The position numbers and the translations under genes were made by a program. A stretch of 63,592 bases of DNA from Clostridia bacterium (GTDB lineage Bacteria; Bacillota; Clostridia; TANB77; CAG-508), in the NCBI GenBank assembly GCA_900753245.1, contig CAADYJ010000013.1:1-63592 (forward strand), written 5' to 3'. A model generated the notes under the pieces. The model was not told the DNA's origin, searched no databases, and saw nothing but the letters and a program-made list of their open reading frames with translations. Within the stretch, counting starts at the first letter, position 1. Each line of letters opens with the position of its first letter. This document shows, in pieces, positions 1-10,139 of the stretch.

Positions 1-26
1 AACTAAATCGGCCCGTCCCTAATAGT
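1..26 (-). repeat. GGGAC-core intergenic repeat, family B copy (read on the minus strand: AAACTATTAGGGACGGGCCGATTTAGTT), just 3' of the engB stop
   Basis: Near-identical to 41867..41895 (AAACTAATAGGGACGGGGCGATTCAGTTT), which sits just 3' of the alaS stop. GC-rich island in AT-rich spacer. Confidence 0.6.
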
Positions 27-623
27 TTAATTAATTTTGTTGCATATAAATTTTTCAATTTCTTCCCAAGCGTTATCTGTATAAATTTTTCTTTCGGCAG
101 AGAAAGGAATAAAAGTTAAATCTTTTAAAGGATTTAATTTATCCTGTAAAAGAGCAACTTGGGCATCTACTTTAGTTACAGCAATTTTATCTGCCTTATT
201 TGCAATAATAATGCAAGGTCTTTGGCTATCAATAATGTATCTATACATTAATTTATCGTTTTCACTAGGGTCATGTCTAATATCTATTAAAAATACAATC
301 AGTGCAATATCTTTGCTATTATTTAAATATTGTTCAATAAATTGACCAACTCTATCTTGTTCTTTTTTAGACATTTTACTATAACCATAACCAGGTAAAT
401 CTACAAAATAAAATTTATTATCCATATTATAAAAATTAATTTGTCTTGTTTTTCCAGGTTCACTACTTGTTCTAGCAAGTTTTTTTCTATTAACCATAGT
501 ATTTATAAAAGAAGATTTACCAACATTAGACTTACCAACTAAAACAATTTGAGGTAAGTTATCATCTGGATATTGTGCAGGTGAAACTGCTGATATTTTA
601 AATTCTGGATTTTTAATTAACAT
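27..623 (-). CDS. engB: Ribosome-biogenesis GTP-binding protein EngB/YsxC
   Basis: 198-aa ORF with GKSNVGKSS P-loop, DLPGYG and NKADK GTPase motifs. Its start overlaps the serS stop by 7 nt. Confidence 0.9.
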   Translation of the reverse strand: MLIKNPEFKISAVSPAQYPDDNLPQIVLVGKSNVGKSSFINTMVNRKKLARTSSEPGKTRQINFYNMDNKFYFVDLPGYGYSKMSKKEQDRVGQFIEQYLNNSKDIALIVFLIDIRHDPSENDKLMYRYIIDSQRPCIIIANKADKIAVTKVDAQVALLQDKLNPLKDLTFIPFSAERKIYTDNAWEEIEKFICNKIN

Positions 624-1897
624 ATAATTTTTTCCTTTCCACCCATGTATGGTCTTAAAACTTCTGGAACTGTAATGCTTCCATCTTCATTATAGTTATT
701 TTCTATAACAGCAATTAATCCTCTAGGTGTTGCAACAACAGTATTGTTTAAAGTATGAGGATAGTAATTTCCTTTTTCTCCTTTTACACGAATACCTAAT
801 CTACGTGCTTGAGCATCTCCTAAAGTTGAACAGCTACATACCTCAAAGTATTTTTGTTGTCTTGGACTCCATGCTTCAATATCACAAGATTTTACTTTTA
901 AGTCGGCTAAATCTCCACTACAACAATCTAGTTGTCTTACTGGAACATTCCAACTTCTAAATAAATCTACACTTAATTTCCACATTTTATTATACCAATT
1001 CATAGAATCTTCAGGTTCGCATAAAACTATCATTTCTTGTTTTTCAAATTGATGTACACGGTATAGTCCTCTTTCTTCTAGTCCATGAGAACCAATTTCT
1101 TTTCTAAAACATGGAGAATATGATGTCATACTAATTGGAAGTTCATCTTTCTTTATAATTTGGTCTTTAAATTTACCTATCATAGAATGTTCAGAGGTAC
1201 CAATTAAATATAAATCTTCTCCTTCTATTTTATACATCATAGCATCCATTTCTTCAAAACTCATAACACCAGTTACGACATCACTACGAATCATGAAAGG
1301 TGGAATTGCATAAGTGAAACCATTATCTATCATATAATCACGTGCATAAGCAAGCATTGCTTCATGAAGTCTTGCAATATCTCCTATTAAATAATAGAAA
1401 CCTACACCACTTGTACGACCTGCAGATTCTTTATCCATACCATGAACTTTTTCAATAATATCAGCATGATGTGGAATTTCGAAAGAAGGAACAGTAGGCT
1501 CACCAAATCTTTGAACTTCAACATTTTCTGAATCATCTTTTCCAATAGGAACAGATGGATCAATTATGTTAGGAATTTTCATCATTCTTTCTTTTATCTC
1601 AGCAGAATATTGTTCTTCTAATTTTTCATTTTCTACTAATTCATCATTAATTTTCTTAACTTGCAATTTGATTTCTTCAGCTTCATCTTTTTTACCAGAT
1701 TTCATTAGCATGCCTATTTGGCTACTTAAAGTATTTCTAGAAGCACGAAGCTCATCACCTTTTAATTTAACTTCACGATTTTTTAAATCTAAATCAATAA
1801 CTTCGTCAACTAAACAAAGTTTATGATCTTGGAATTTGTTTTTGATGTTTTGTTTAACAACATCTGGATTTTCTCTTAAAAATTTAATGTCAATCAT
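617..1897 (-). CDS. serS: Seryl-tRNA synthetase
   Basis: 426 aa. N-terminal coiled-coil arm followed by a class II core (e.g. FRKEIGSHG, GLYRVHQFEKQE). Preceded by a Ser-specific T-box leader. Confidence 0.95.
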   Translation of the reverse strand: MIDIKFLRENPDVVKQNIKNKFQDHKLCLVDEVIDLDLKNREVKLKGDELRASRNTLSSQIGMLMKSGKKDEAEEIKLQVKKINDELVENEKLEEQYSAEIKERMMKIPNIIDPSVPIGKDDSENVEVQRFGEPTVPSFEIPHHADIIEKVHGMDKESAGRTSGVGFYYLIGDIARLHEAMLAYARDYMIDNGFTYAIPPFMIRSDVVTGVMSFEEMDAMMYKIEGEDLYLIGTSEHSMIGKFKDQIIKKDELPISMTSYSPCFRKEIGSHGLEERGLYRVHQFEKQEMIVLCEPEDSMNWYNKMWKLSVDLFRSWNVPVRQLDCCSGDLADLKVKSCDIEAWSPRQQKYFEVCSCSTLGDAQARRLGIRVKGEKGNYYPHTLNNTVVATPRGLIAVIENNYNEDGSITVPEVLRPYMGGKEKIIC

Positions 1898-1924
1898 ATT
1901 TTACCTCCTATGTTTTTAGACGAA

Positions 1925-2140
1925 AATAAACGTCTTTGTTAGTTCAAAAAAGCCCTTATGCTAAATTGCATAAGGACGATATTACTCGCGGTGCCACCTT
2001 AATTACTATAAATATAGTATCTTAAAATGCTTATAACCTAGCATAACTCGGTTTCGTTTTACGAAATGCAATAAAAGTAGATTCCTAAAGTATTTTATCC
2101 TACTTGCACCAACCGTAGGCTCTCTAAGTAAAATTTAAAT
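1925..2140 (-). promoter_or_regulatory. T-box riboswitch leader (Ser specifier UCU) with terminator/antiterminator, controlling serS-engB
   Basis: Minus strand shows an AGAGAG stem I motif, an AGTA box and a specifier loop GAA-UCU-A (about 2079..2081). The T-box sequence AATTAAGGTGGCACCGCGAG lies at about 1981..2005, followed by the terminator hairpin CGTCCTTATGC..GCATAAGGGC plus a T-run (about 1943..1975). Confidence 0.8.
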
Positions 2141-2297
2141 TAGTACTAGTCTTTTATTATAGCTCTTATTAATGTATATAGTTTAACACAGAAATAATAA
2201 AAATACAACAAATTTTGAAAAAAATTAATAAGAACTATTAGAATGTATTAAAAGGAATAAATAGGAAATAATAGGATAGGTAAAAGGAGATAGATAT

Positions 2298-3128
2298 ATG
2301 TTTATAGAAATATTAAAATTTTTTATATATTCAATATTAATAGTGATAATTTCAAAATATGTTTTAGTAAAATTGCTTAGAAATTTTGCATTAAGTTTAA
2401 ATTTGTCTGCAAGAACAGTAGGAAGTATAGCGGGAGTAGCAACGTCCATGCCAGAATTACTTACAGTTTCATTTTCAGCTGTTGCAGGACTTTTGTCTAC
2501 AAGTGTATTTAATATTATAAGTTCTAATATTATAAATTTGTGCCAGTATATATTAGCTGTATTTTTAAATAAGAATCAGAAACAAATAAAAAATAGAGGG
2601 TTACAAATAGAACTTTTTATTGTAGTACTTACTATATTAATTCCTATTTTTATTTTGATATTTGATATAGATTTTAAAATTCAAATTGTTCCTATTTTTA
2701 TACTTTTGTTTATTTTCTTTTATTATATAAATTCAAATTTGCATAAATTATATTTCAAAACAAAAGAAGATAAAACAAAAAGTAATGAAAGAAAAATAAA
2801 GAGTAATTCAAAAATATTTATAGTATTAAAATATACAATATATCTACTAATTACATCAATATTATTATATTGGATAGGAAACAAATTAAGTGATGTTTTA
2901 GAGGAATTGGCTAGAATTTTTTTTATATCTGAAATTATTCTTGGAATTGCTTTGGGGTTTATAACAAGTTTGCCAGAACTTATAACTTTTTTTGAATCAC
3001 AAAAACATCATAAAGAAGAAAAAGAAGAGGGAATAGTTGAAGCAACTAATAATTTATTAGCTTCTAATATGTTGAATTTGTTTATAATACAAAGCATAGG
3101 AATAGTAATTTCAAGATTTGTATTATAA
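2298..3128 (+). CDS. Ca2+/cation antiporter (CaCA, YrbG-like) family membrane protein
   Basis: 276-aa polytopic ORF with two alpha-repeat-like motifs (GVATSMPELLTV and GFITSLPELITFF) separated by a charged loop. Confidence 0.6.
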   Translation: MFIEILKFFIYSILIVIISKYVLVKLLRNFALSLNLSARTVGSIAGVATSMPELLTVSFSAVAGLLSTSVFNIISSNIINLCQYILAVFLNKNQKQIKNRGLQIELFIVVLTILIPIFILIFDIDFKIQIVPIFILLFIFFYYINSNLHKLYFKTKEDKTKSNERKIKSNSKIFIVLKYTIYLLITSILLYWIGNKLSDVLEELARIFFISEIILGIALGFITSLPELITFFESQKHHKEEKEEGIVEATNNLLASNMLNLFIIQSIGIVISRFVL

Positions 3129-3189
3129 ATAGAATAATTTGGAAATATAAGCATATAATAGAAATGAGTGTTAAAAAGAGGTGTAAGTA

Positions 3190-3462
3190 ATGAATGAGTA
3201 TATTAAAGAAAATAAAATTATTGAAAAGAATGAAAGTGAGAAAGATTTAGATTTAATTATAAGTATAATAAAAGTAAAGAAAGAATTAGAAGAAGCAAAT
3301 AAAAATTTTGAATTTGCAGAAGGTGACTTGATTGATTATTATACTTATCAAATAAAAGCTAATAGAGCAAAATTTGATTATTTATTAAAAAAAGCAAAAG
3401 AAAATGGAATTGTAATAGATATGATAGATCAAATAGATATTACTTTTAATCAAGCTATATAG
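3190..3462 (+). CDS. yaaL: YaaL-like small protein (DUF2508)
   Basis: 90 aa, helical and charged. Lies immediately upstream of bofA, as in the B. subtilis recR-yaaL-bofA arrangement. Confidence 0.55.
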   Translation: MNEYIKENKIIEKNESEKDLDLIISIIKVKKELEEANKNFEFAEGDLIDYYTYQIKANRAKFDYLLKKAKENGIVIDMIDQIDITFNQAI

Positions 3463-3517
3463 TAATATTTGTCCAAAAACAATCATACAAATAAAATATA
3501 TCATAAAAAAGAAAAAG

Positions 3518-3796
3518 GTGATTGTTTTGAGTTTTAATACAATTATTGTATATTTAGCATGTATTATTTTTTTATTTTTGTTAGGGAGAATTTTTATTTT
3601 GCCTTTAAAGAGTATAATTAAATTAATAGGGAATTCTATATTAGGAGGAATACTAATTTACGTGGTAAATATGCTTGGAAGTTTATATAATTTTCATATT
3701 GGGTTAAATGTTGGCACAGCTATTACAACTGGAATATTAGGAATACCGCGGAGTTATACTTCTAATAGTATTAAAAATTTTTTTAGGGTAATGTAA
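3518..3796 (+). CDS. bofA: Pro-sigma-K processing inhibitor BofA; the conserved C-terminus is reached only after a +1 shift at CGG 3749..3751 (shifted reading ends at 3791)
   Basis: 2-TM small protein (..GLNVGTAITTGILGIP). In frame 0 the tail is RSYTSNSIKNFFRVM. Skipping C3749 gives GVILLIVLKIFLG*, a typical hydrophobic BofA end. The real start may be TTG 3527, downstream of an AAGGTG RBS. Confidence 0.7.
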   Translation: MIVLSFNTIIVYLACIIFLFLLGRIFILPLKSIIKLIGNSILGGILIYVVNMLGSLYNFHIGLNVGTAITTGILGIPRSYTSNSIKNFFRVM

Positions 3797-3869
3797 ATAT
3801 GATACATATTTACATTATTGGAATAATATGTTATAATAAAGTATACGCTATTTTTTTAGGGAGGACAAT

Positions 3870-4340
3870 ATGATGAAAAGAAGACAGCAGATTTTAGCAA
3901 TTTTATTAATAACAGTAGTAAGTTCTTTGTTATTAGTAGAATCATCACATGCAACGTCATGTGAAAGTTCCAAAGTAAACATTCCAAAATTTGATTACCA
4001 AGAGGATTGCACATTTTGTGATAGTAATGAATTAACTATGAAAGAAAAATGTGAAGAACTTGTGGTAAAAGCTTTAACAGATGAAAAGAATTTGTTAGAT
4101 GATGGAATAATTACAAAAGAAGTTTATAAGTTACAATGTGAGCCATTTGAGAAAATTTTTGATGAATTGGAATATTCCTCTGAAGAGCAGATACTTGAAA
4201 CTTATGAACAGATATTACTTTATCACTTTGACCAACTTTCAGAATATGAAGCTTGTGGAGAAGAAATAGATGAAGAATTTTGGAACTATATTATAGAAGA
4301 AATTGATACTTTAGAAAGAAATGGTGAGATTATTCTATAA
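3870..4340 (+). CDS. Hypothetical secreted acidic protein
   Basis: 156 aa with an N-terminal signal peptide (MMKRRQQILAILLITVVSSLLLVESSHA), a GGGAGG RBS and a downstream terminator. No family recognised. Confidence 0.5.
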   Translation: MMKRRQQILAILLITVVSSLLLVESSHATSCESSKVNIPKFDYQEDCTFCDSNELTMKEKCEELVVKALTDEKNLLDDGIITKEVYKLQCEPFEKIFDELEYSSEEQILETYEQILLYHFDQLSEYEACGEEIDEEFWNYIIEEIDTLERNGEIIL

Positions 4341-4345
4341 TAACG

Positions 4346-4378
4346 AAAAAGATACAGATAATTTCTGTATCTTTTTTG
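4346..4378. terminator. Bidirectional rho-independent terminator between convergent genes
   Basis: AAAAAGATACAGA-TAATTT-CTGTATCTTTTTT hairpin flanked by an A-run and a T-run. Confidence 0.7.
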
Positions 4379-4381
4379 TTA

Positions 4382-6226
4382 TTATTCTACAGTTACAGAT
4401 TTTGCTAAATTTCTAGGTTTGTCAACATCTAATCCCTTTTCTTTTGCAATATAATAAGATAAAAGTTGTAGTGGAATAATAGAAATTATAGGTGAAATTA
4501 ATGGATTTGTATTAGGAATAGAAAATACAAAATCAAAATCACTTTGTGTAATTTCTTGATTTGTAATAATTAAAGTTTTAGCTCCTCTAGTTATTACTTC
4601 TTGAATATTACTTATACTTTTAGCTATTAAATTAGGATCTGTTAAAATACCTACAACAAAAGTACCTTTTTCAATTAATGCAATAGGTCCATGTTTTAAT
4701 TCACCAGCAGGATATGCTTCAGAATGAATATAAGATATTTCTTTTAATTTTAAGGAACCTTCTAAAGCAATATTATAATCATTCCCTCTACCCAAAAAAA
4801 ACATGTCTTTATTATTATAAATCCTTTGAGCAACATCTCTTATATAATCTGAATCTTTTAGTATTTTGGTTACTTTATTGGGTAATTCTAAGATTTCAGC
4901 TTTTAAATTTTCTAATAAAATTGAATTATACCTTTCAAGTAGTTCTGAAAAATATATACTAAGCAATGTTATAAGTACAACTTGACTAGTATAAGCTTTG
5001 GTAGATGCAACAGCAATTTCAGGGCCAGCATGAGTATAAATTGTTTTATGAGCCTCTCTTGTAATTGAACTACCTATAACATTTGATATTGCAAGAGTTT
5101 TAGCACCTTTTTCTTTAGCAAGTTTAAGTGCTGCAATAGTATCCGCAGTTTCACCAGATTGGGTAATATATATACATAAGGTATGTTCATTGATTAGTGG
5201 ATTTCTATATCTAAATTCAGATGCAATTTCTACCGTAACAGGAATAGAGCACAATTTTTCTATTAAATTTTTGCCTACTAGACCTGCATGCATAGCAGTA
5301 CCACAAGCTACAATATATATTTGATTTATAGACTCTAAAAAGCTTTTTGAATATTCTAAGTCACTAAAGTCACAAATCTCTCCTAATTTTAATCTAGAGC
5401 CTATAGTGTTTTTTATTGTTTCTGGTTGTTCAAAAATTTCTTTTAACATATAATCTTCATAACCACGTTTATCACTAGATGAAGAACTTAAGTCTAATTC
5501 TTTTAAAATTTTTTCATGTTTAGATAAATTTTTATCAAAAAAATCAATAGAATCCTTTTTGATAACTGCAAATTCATTGTCATCTAAAAAATAAAAATCT
5601 TTAGTGTAAGGTAAAATTGCAGGGATGTCTGAAGCAACAAAATTCTCACCAATACCTTTACCAATAACCAAAGGACTATCTTTTCTTACAACTATTTCTA
5701 TATTTGGAGAATATTTGCAAATTACTTCTAAAGCATAGCTTCCTTTCAAATTTTTACAAGCTAAATTAACAGCTTTCAAAAATTTTAATTCAGAATCTTT
5801 TTCTGTACTGTTTGAATAATGATAATGAATTAAATTAGGAATTATTTCAGTATCTGTTTTTGTATAAAATTTATATCCTTCATCAGATAAAAAAGATTTT
5901 AATTCTTCATAATTTTCAATAATTCCATTATGTACAACTGCAAAAGATTTGCTATTATCTGTATGAGGATGAGCATTTAATTTTGATGGTTTTCCGTGAG
6001 TGGCCCATCTAGTATGAGCTATACCAACAGTAGCAGATAAATTAGAGTCATTGGTTAACTTAATTAAATTACTTACTCTACCTTTTTGCTTAAATACTTT
6101 TATATTATTTTCTTCTAAAACTGCTATTCCAGAAGAATCATAACCTCTATATTCTAACTTTAATAAACCTTGTATTAAAATAGGAGTACATTTTCTTTCT
6201 CCTACATAACCAACAATTCCGCACAT
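4382..6226 (-). CDS. glmS: Glutamine--fructose-6-phosphate aminotransferase
   Basis: 614 aa. N-terminal catalytic Cys (MCGIVGY), two SIS domains and a C-terminal ..KSVTVE. Confidence 0.95.
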   Translation of the reverse strand: MCGIVGYVGERKCTPILIQGLLKLEYRGYDSSGIAVLEENNIKVFKQKGRVSNLIKLTNDSNLSATVGIAHTRWATHGKPSKLNAHPHTDNSKSFAVVHNGIIENYEELKSFLSDEGYKFYTKTDTEIIPNLIHYHYSNSTEKDSELKFLKAVNLACKNLKGSYALEVICKYSPNIEIVVRKDSPLVIGKGIGENFVASDIPAILPYTKDFYFLDDNEFAVIKKDSIDFFDKNLSKHEKILKELDLSSSSSDKRGYEDYMLKEIFEQPETIKNTIGSRLKLGEICDFSDLEYSKSFLESINQIYIVACGTAMHAGLVGKNLIEKLCSIPVTVEIASEFRYRNPLINEHTLCIYITQSGETADTIAALKLAKEKGAKTLAISNVIGSSITREAHKTIYTHAGPEIAVASTKAYTSQVVLITLLSIYFSELLERYNSILLENLKAEILELPNKVTKILKDSDYIRDVAQRIYNNKDMFFLGRGNDYNIALEGSLKLKEISYIHSEAYPAGELKHGPIALIEKGTFVVGILTDPNLIAKSISNIQEVITRGAKTLIITNQEITQSDFDFVFSIPNTNPLISPIISIIPLQLLSYYIAKEKGLDVDKPRNLAKSVTVE

Positions 6227-6438
6227 ACAAAGTTACCTCCTTTTTAGGTAAGACCTTTTTATTTGCATAACTTTTTAGATATTGATAGTATATTACACCA
6301 TTAATAAAAATGTTTCAAGTTTTATTAAAAATTTAAAAGAATTATTGTAATATGCTAGCATATAATGTATAATACAAAAAGAATTCTAAAGTTATAATTA
6401 TAATTTTAGTTACCACCAATTAAAAAAGGGGTAGTATT

Positions 6439-7722
6439 ATGAAAAAATTTTTATCAAATTACAAATCAACAATAATTCTTCTTGTTGCGCTTATTGTTGG
6501 TGCGGCCGTAGGGCTAATTTTCAAAGAAAAAGCAACAGTACTTAAGCCATTAGGCGATATCTTTTTAAATCTTTTATTAGTCATAATTGTTCCACTAATA
6601 TTTTTAACAATAACTACATCAGTAGCAAAAATGAAACAACCTAAACGTTTAGGAAAAATTATAGGAAGTATAATTCTTATGTTTGTTATTACATCTATAA
6701 TTGCAGTGTTGATAGGTTTTGTAAGTACATATTTTGTAAAACTTGTAAATCCTGAAGATTCAAGTAAAATAATGGAAACGTTTAAAGATGAAGAACAAAC
6801 AGAAGATACAGAAGAATTAACAATTGCAGAGAGAACGGTAGATCTTCTTACTGTAAATGACTTCTCTAAATTACTTTCTAGAAATAATATAATTGCATTA
6901 CTAGTATTCTCAGTAATATTTGGTATAGCAATGAATATGTCAAAAGAAAAAGCAGAGCCAGTTTTAAACTTTTTAAATTCTGCAAATGAAATAGTAAATA
7001 ATATTATAAAAATAATTATGTATTATGCACCAGTTGGACTTGGATGTTATTTTGCAACAGTAATAGGAAGTCTAGGTTCATCAATTGCTGTAGGGTATTT
7101 AAAAACTTTTGTAGTATACTTTATAGTAGCAATACTATTTTATATAATAATGTATTCAATATATGCGTTTGTAGCAGGTGGAACAAAAGGAGTAAAAGCA
7201 TATTGGAGAAACATAATTCCATCAACATTAACATCACTTGCAACATGCTCAAGTGCAGCATGTATACCAGTTAATATAGAAGGAGCAAAAAAAATAGGAG
7301 TTCCAGCAGATATAGCAGAAACAACAATACCACTTGGAACAAGTTTCCACAAAGATGGTTCTATAATAGGTTCAGTATTTAAAATAATGTTTTTATTATG
7401 TTTATTTGGAACAAGTGTAGCAACAGCAGGAGAAATTTTTGGAGTTTTAGGAATAGCACTTTTAGCGACACTTTTAGTTACAGCAGTTCCAATAGGTGGA
7501 GGAACAATTTCAGAAATGCTTATAATATCAATGATGGGATATCCAGTAGCAGCACTTCCAATACTTACAATAATAGCAACAATAATAGATGCACCAGCAA
7601 CAATGCTTAATGTTGTAGGAGATACAGCGTCATCAATGATGGTAGCAAGAATAGTAGACGGGAAGGACTGGATGGAAGAAAAGAAAGATTTAAAAGAGAA
7701 AAAAGAAACAGTTAAAGTTTAA
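6439..7722 (+). CDS. Dicarboxylate/amino acid:cation symporter (DAACS, GltP/SstT-like)
   Basis: 427-aa polytopic protein with DAACS-type motifs (e.g. SSAACIPV, PLGTSFHKDGS, DAPATMLNVVGD). Confidence 0.85.
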   Translation: MKKFLSNYKSTIILLVALIVGAAVGLIFKEKATVLKPLGDIFLNLLLVIIVPLIFLTITTSVAKMKQPKRLGKIIGSIILMFVITSIIAVLIGFVSTYFVKLVNPEDSSKIMETFKDEEQTEDTEELTIAERTVDLLTVNDFSKLLSRNNIIALLVFSVIFGIAMNMSKEKAEPVLNFLNSANEIVNNIIKIIMYYAPVGLGCYFATVIGSLGSSIAVGYLKTFVVYFIVAILFYIIMYSIYAFVAGGTKGVKAYWRNIIPSTLTSLATCSSAACIPVNIEGAKKIGVPADIAETTIPLGTSFHKDGSIIGSVFKIMFLLCLFGTSVATAGEIFGVLGIALLATLLVTAVPIGGGTISEMLIISMMGYPVAALPILTIIATIIDAPATMLNVVGDTASSMMVARIVDGKDWMEEKKDLKEKKETVKV

Positions 7723-7770
7723 AAAATAATGAAATAATAAAGAAAAACTAATAAAAAGATATATAAAGAT

Positions 7771-7803
7771 AACGAAACTCTAATTTAGGAGTTTCGTTTT
7801 TTT
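7771..7803 (+). terminator. Rho-independent terminator of the symporter gene
   Basis: AACGAAACTC-TAATTTA-GGAGTTTCGTT followed by TTTTTT. Confidence 0.75.
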
Positions 7804-7805
7804 AA

Positions 7806-7845
7806 AGGACATTTGGGGACGGGTCACTTTTGTCCTTTACATAAA
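7806..7845 (+). repeat. Family A repeat unit (AGGACATTTGGGGACGGGTCACTTTTGTCCTTTACATAAA)
   Basis: About 40-bp unit also present at 34144..34183, inverted at 34218..34256, and at 63480..63519. Always intergenic and located after a terminator. Confidence 0.85.
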
Positions 7846-7855
7846 AATATATGAC

Positions 7856-7884
7856 TTGACACTAATTTAAAGAAAGAGTATAAT
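7856..7884 (+). promoter_or_regulatory. Consensus sigma-A promoter (TTGACA-17-TATAAT)
   Basis: TTGACA, a 17-nt spacer, then TATAAT. Lies about 35 nt upstream of ATG 7920. Confidence 0.7.
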
Positions 7885-7919
7885 TATGTCGAAAAATAAT
7901 ATTATAGGAGGTAACTAGC

Positions 7920-8150
7920 ATGGATAATTCCCGGCAAGTAATACAAACGTCCAAACCATATGAATATGGTATGGAGAAACCTTTAAAAACAAAGGAAGAA
8001 GCAATGGAAGAAATACAAAAACTGGAGCAAAAAGTAAAAACAGATATCGCATTAAAGAAAATTTATGAATTTTCTGAAGTGAAAATAATTGAAGGTCCAG
8101 GTGCTATACAATTAGTTGTAACAACGATTGTACCAAAAGTAATGAATTAA
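7920..8150 (+). CDS. Hypothetical small protein
   Basis: 76-aa ORF with an AGGAGG RBS, its own consensus promoter and a terminator. Contains an in-frame CGG at 7932..7934. No family recognised. Confidence 0.5.
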   Translation: MDNSRQVIQTSKPYEYGMEKPLKTKEEAMEEIQKLEQKVKTDIALKKIYEFSEVKIIEGPGAIQLVVTTIVPKVMN

Positions 8151-8196
8151 AAAAAGTAGAACTTAGATAGAAAAAAATCTAAGTTCTACTTTTTTA
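8151..8196 (+). terminator. Rho-independent terminator
   Basis: GTAGAACTTAGAT..ATCTAAGTTCTAC hairpin plus a T-run. Confidence 0.75.
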
Positions 8197-8244
8197 TTTT
8201 ATAAATAAATGATATAATAAATATGAATTTGAAAGGAAAATGAT

Positions 8245-10059
8245 ATGTTTGATATAGAAGCAGAATTAAAGAAATTACCACATAAACCAGGGGTATATAT
8301 AATGCATGATAAAGATGACAAAATAATATATGTGGGGAAAGCAATTTCTTTAAAAAATAGAGTAACTCAATATTTTAGAAAAAATAAGAAAACAAAACGT
8401 ATTCAAAATATGGTCTCTTTAGTTGACCATTTTGAATACATAGTTGTAGAAAATGAGGCAGAAGCCCTTATTTTAGAGTGCAATTTAATAAAAAAGAATA
8501 AACCAAAATTCAATGTATTATTAAAAGATGATAAAACATATCCTTATATAAAAATAAATTTAAAAGATGAATATCCTAATATTTATATAACAAGAAGAAT
8601 ATTAAATGATGGAGCAAAGTATTTTGGACCTTATGCAAGTGCTGGAGCTGCAAAAGAAATGGTAGATTTTATAAAAGACAAATTTAAAATAAGGCAATGT
8701 AGAAATTTTAAATATAAAGATAGACCTTGCTTAAATTATCATATAAAAAAATGTTTAGCACCTTGTATGGGATATGTATCAAAAGAAGAATATTTAAAAC
8801 AGATTAATGAAGTTATATATTTACTAGAAGGAAAAACTGATAAAATTTTAAGAGAATTAGAAAATCAAATGAAAGAAGCTTCTAAAAAGATGGAGTTTGA
8901 AAAGGCTGCATACATAAGAGATAAAATTATAGCCATAGAAAGAATTTCGGAAAAGCAAAGAGTATCAAATATAACAGAAAATAATATAGATGTTATAGGT
9001 TTAGCGAGAAATGATATAGAAGTATGTATAGAAGTATTTTTTATAAGAAAGAGCAAAATGATTGGAAGAGAAAACTTTTTTTTACAAAATTTAGCAGATG
9101 AAACAGATAAACAAATTTTATCGGAATTTGTAAAGCAATATTACGTAGGTAGAGAAATATTACCAAATAAAATAATGATAAAAGAAGATATAGATGAAAG
9201 AGAATTACTAGAAGAATGGCTTTCAAAAGAAGCTGGAAGAAAAGTAGAAATAAAAACTCCACAAAAAGGGGAAAAGTTGCGTTTAGTAGAAATGGCAGAA
9301 AGAAATGCATTAATTACTTTAGAAAATAAAAATAAAGAAAAATATAGTGTCTTAGCAGAATTAAAAGAAGTACTAAAAATGGACAAACTCCCAAGAAAAA
9401 TAGAATGTTTTGACATATCTAATCTTTCAGGAACAAATATGGTTGCAGGAATGTGCGTAATGCAAGATGGAAAAATAAATAAAAATTTGTCTAGGAGATT
9501 TAGAATAAAAGAAGTTATAGGCCAAGACGATGTTGCATGTATGAAAGAAGTAGTGATAAGAAGATTAAAGCATTCTATGGAAAAGGAAGATGGAAACTTT
9601 GGGAGATTACCAGATGTAATTTTTGCAGATGGTGGAATTACACAAATAAGAGCAATAAAAGAAGCAATAAATGAAGTGTTATCAACAACAAATGCAGAAA
9701 GTGTGGATAAACTTACGCAAATAAAGGTATTTGGAATGGTTAAAAATGACAAACATCAAACAAGAGCTTTGATGGATGAAAATAGAAAAGAACTAAAAAT
9801 ATCTGAAGAACTAAAAAATTTGATTACATTATTCCAAGATACAGTACATGACACAGCAATAGGATATCACAAAAAATTAAGAGATAAAGAAATAACAAAA
9901 TCAGAATTGGATGAAATAGAAGGAATAGGACCTGCAAAGAAAAAGGCTTTATTAGAGACTTTTGGAAGTGTTGAAAGAATAAAGAATGCCGATATTGAAG
10001 AACTAACAAAGGTAAAAGGAATAACGAAAGATTTAGCAGAAAGAATTAAAAAAATATAA
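8245..10059 (+). CDS. uvrC: Excinuclease ABC subunit C
   Basis: 604 aa. GIY-YIG N-terminus (GVYIMHDKDDKIIYVGKA), a UVR domain (FEKAAYIRDKI) and a C-terminal HhH pair. Confidence 0.95.
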   Translation: MFDIEAELKKLPHKPGVYIMHDKDDKIIYVGKAISLKNRVTQYFRKNKKTKRIQNMVSLVDHFEYIVVENEAEALILECNLIKKNKPKFNVLLKDDKTYPYIKINLKDEYPNIYITRRILNDGAKYFGPYASAGAAKEMVDFIKDKFKIRQCRNFKYKDRPCLNYHIKKCLAPCMGYVSKEEYLKQINEVIYLLEGKTDKILRELENQMKEASKKMEFEKAAYIRDKIIAIERISEKQRVSNITENNIDVIGLARNDIEVCIEVFFIRKSKMIGRENFFLQNLADETDKQILSEFVKQYYVGREILPNKIMIKEDIDERELLEEWLSKEAGRKVEIKTPQKGEKLRLVEMAERNALITLENKNKEKYSVLAELKEVLKMDKLPRKIECFDISNLSGTNMVAGMCVMQDGKINKNLSRRFRIKEVIGQDDVACMKEVVIRRLKHSMEKEDGNFGRLPDVIFADGGITQIRAIKEAINEVLSTTNAESVDKLTQIKVFGMVKNDKHQTRALMDENRKELKISEELKNLITLFQDTVHDTAIGYHKKLRDKEITKSELDEIEGIGPAKKKALLETFGSVERIKNADIEELTKVKGITKDLAERIKKI

Positions 10060-10139
10060 TTACTTTAAAACTACAAAAAGGATAAGTTATTTTTGATAAA
10101 AAGTAAAAAAAGCGAGGAACCAAAGAGAGGAAGGGAAAA

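Noticed and set aside
6227-6438. Looked for a glmS ribozyme in the leader upstream of glmS (minus strand).
   Set aside because: The 210-nt divergent spacer is extremely AT-rich. It lacks the GC-rich conserved core expected of the glmS ribozyme, and I see only promoter-like sequence. The absence itself is mildly unusual for a Firmicute, but I cannot support any RNA feature here.
8151-8244. GAAC..GTTC in front of uvrC as a possible LexA (Cheo) box.
   Set aside because: The spacing does not fit CGAAC-N4-GTTCG. The sequence is the stem of the preceding terminator hairpin.
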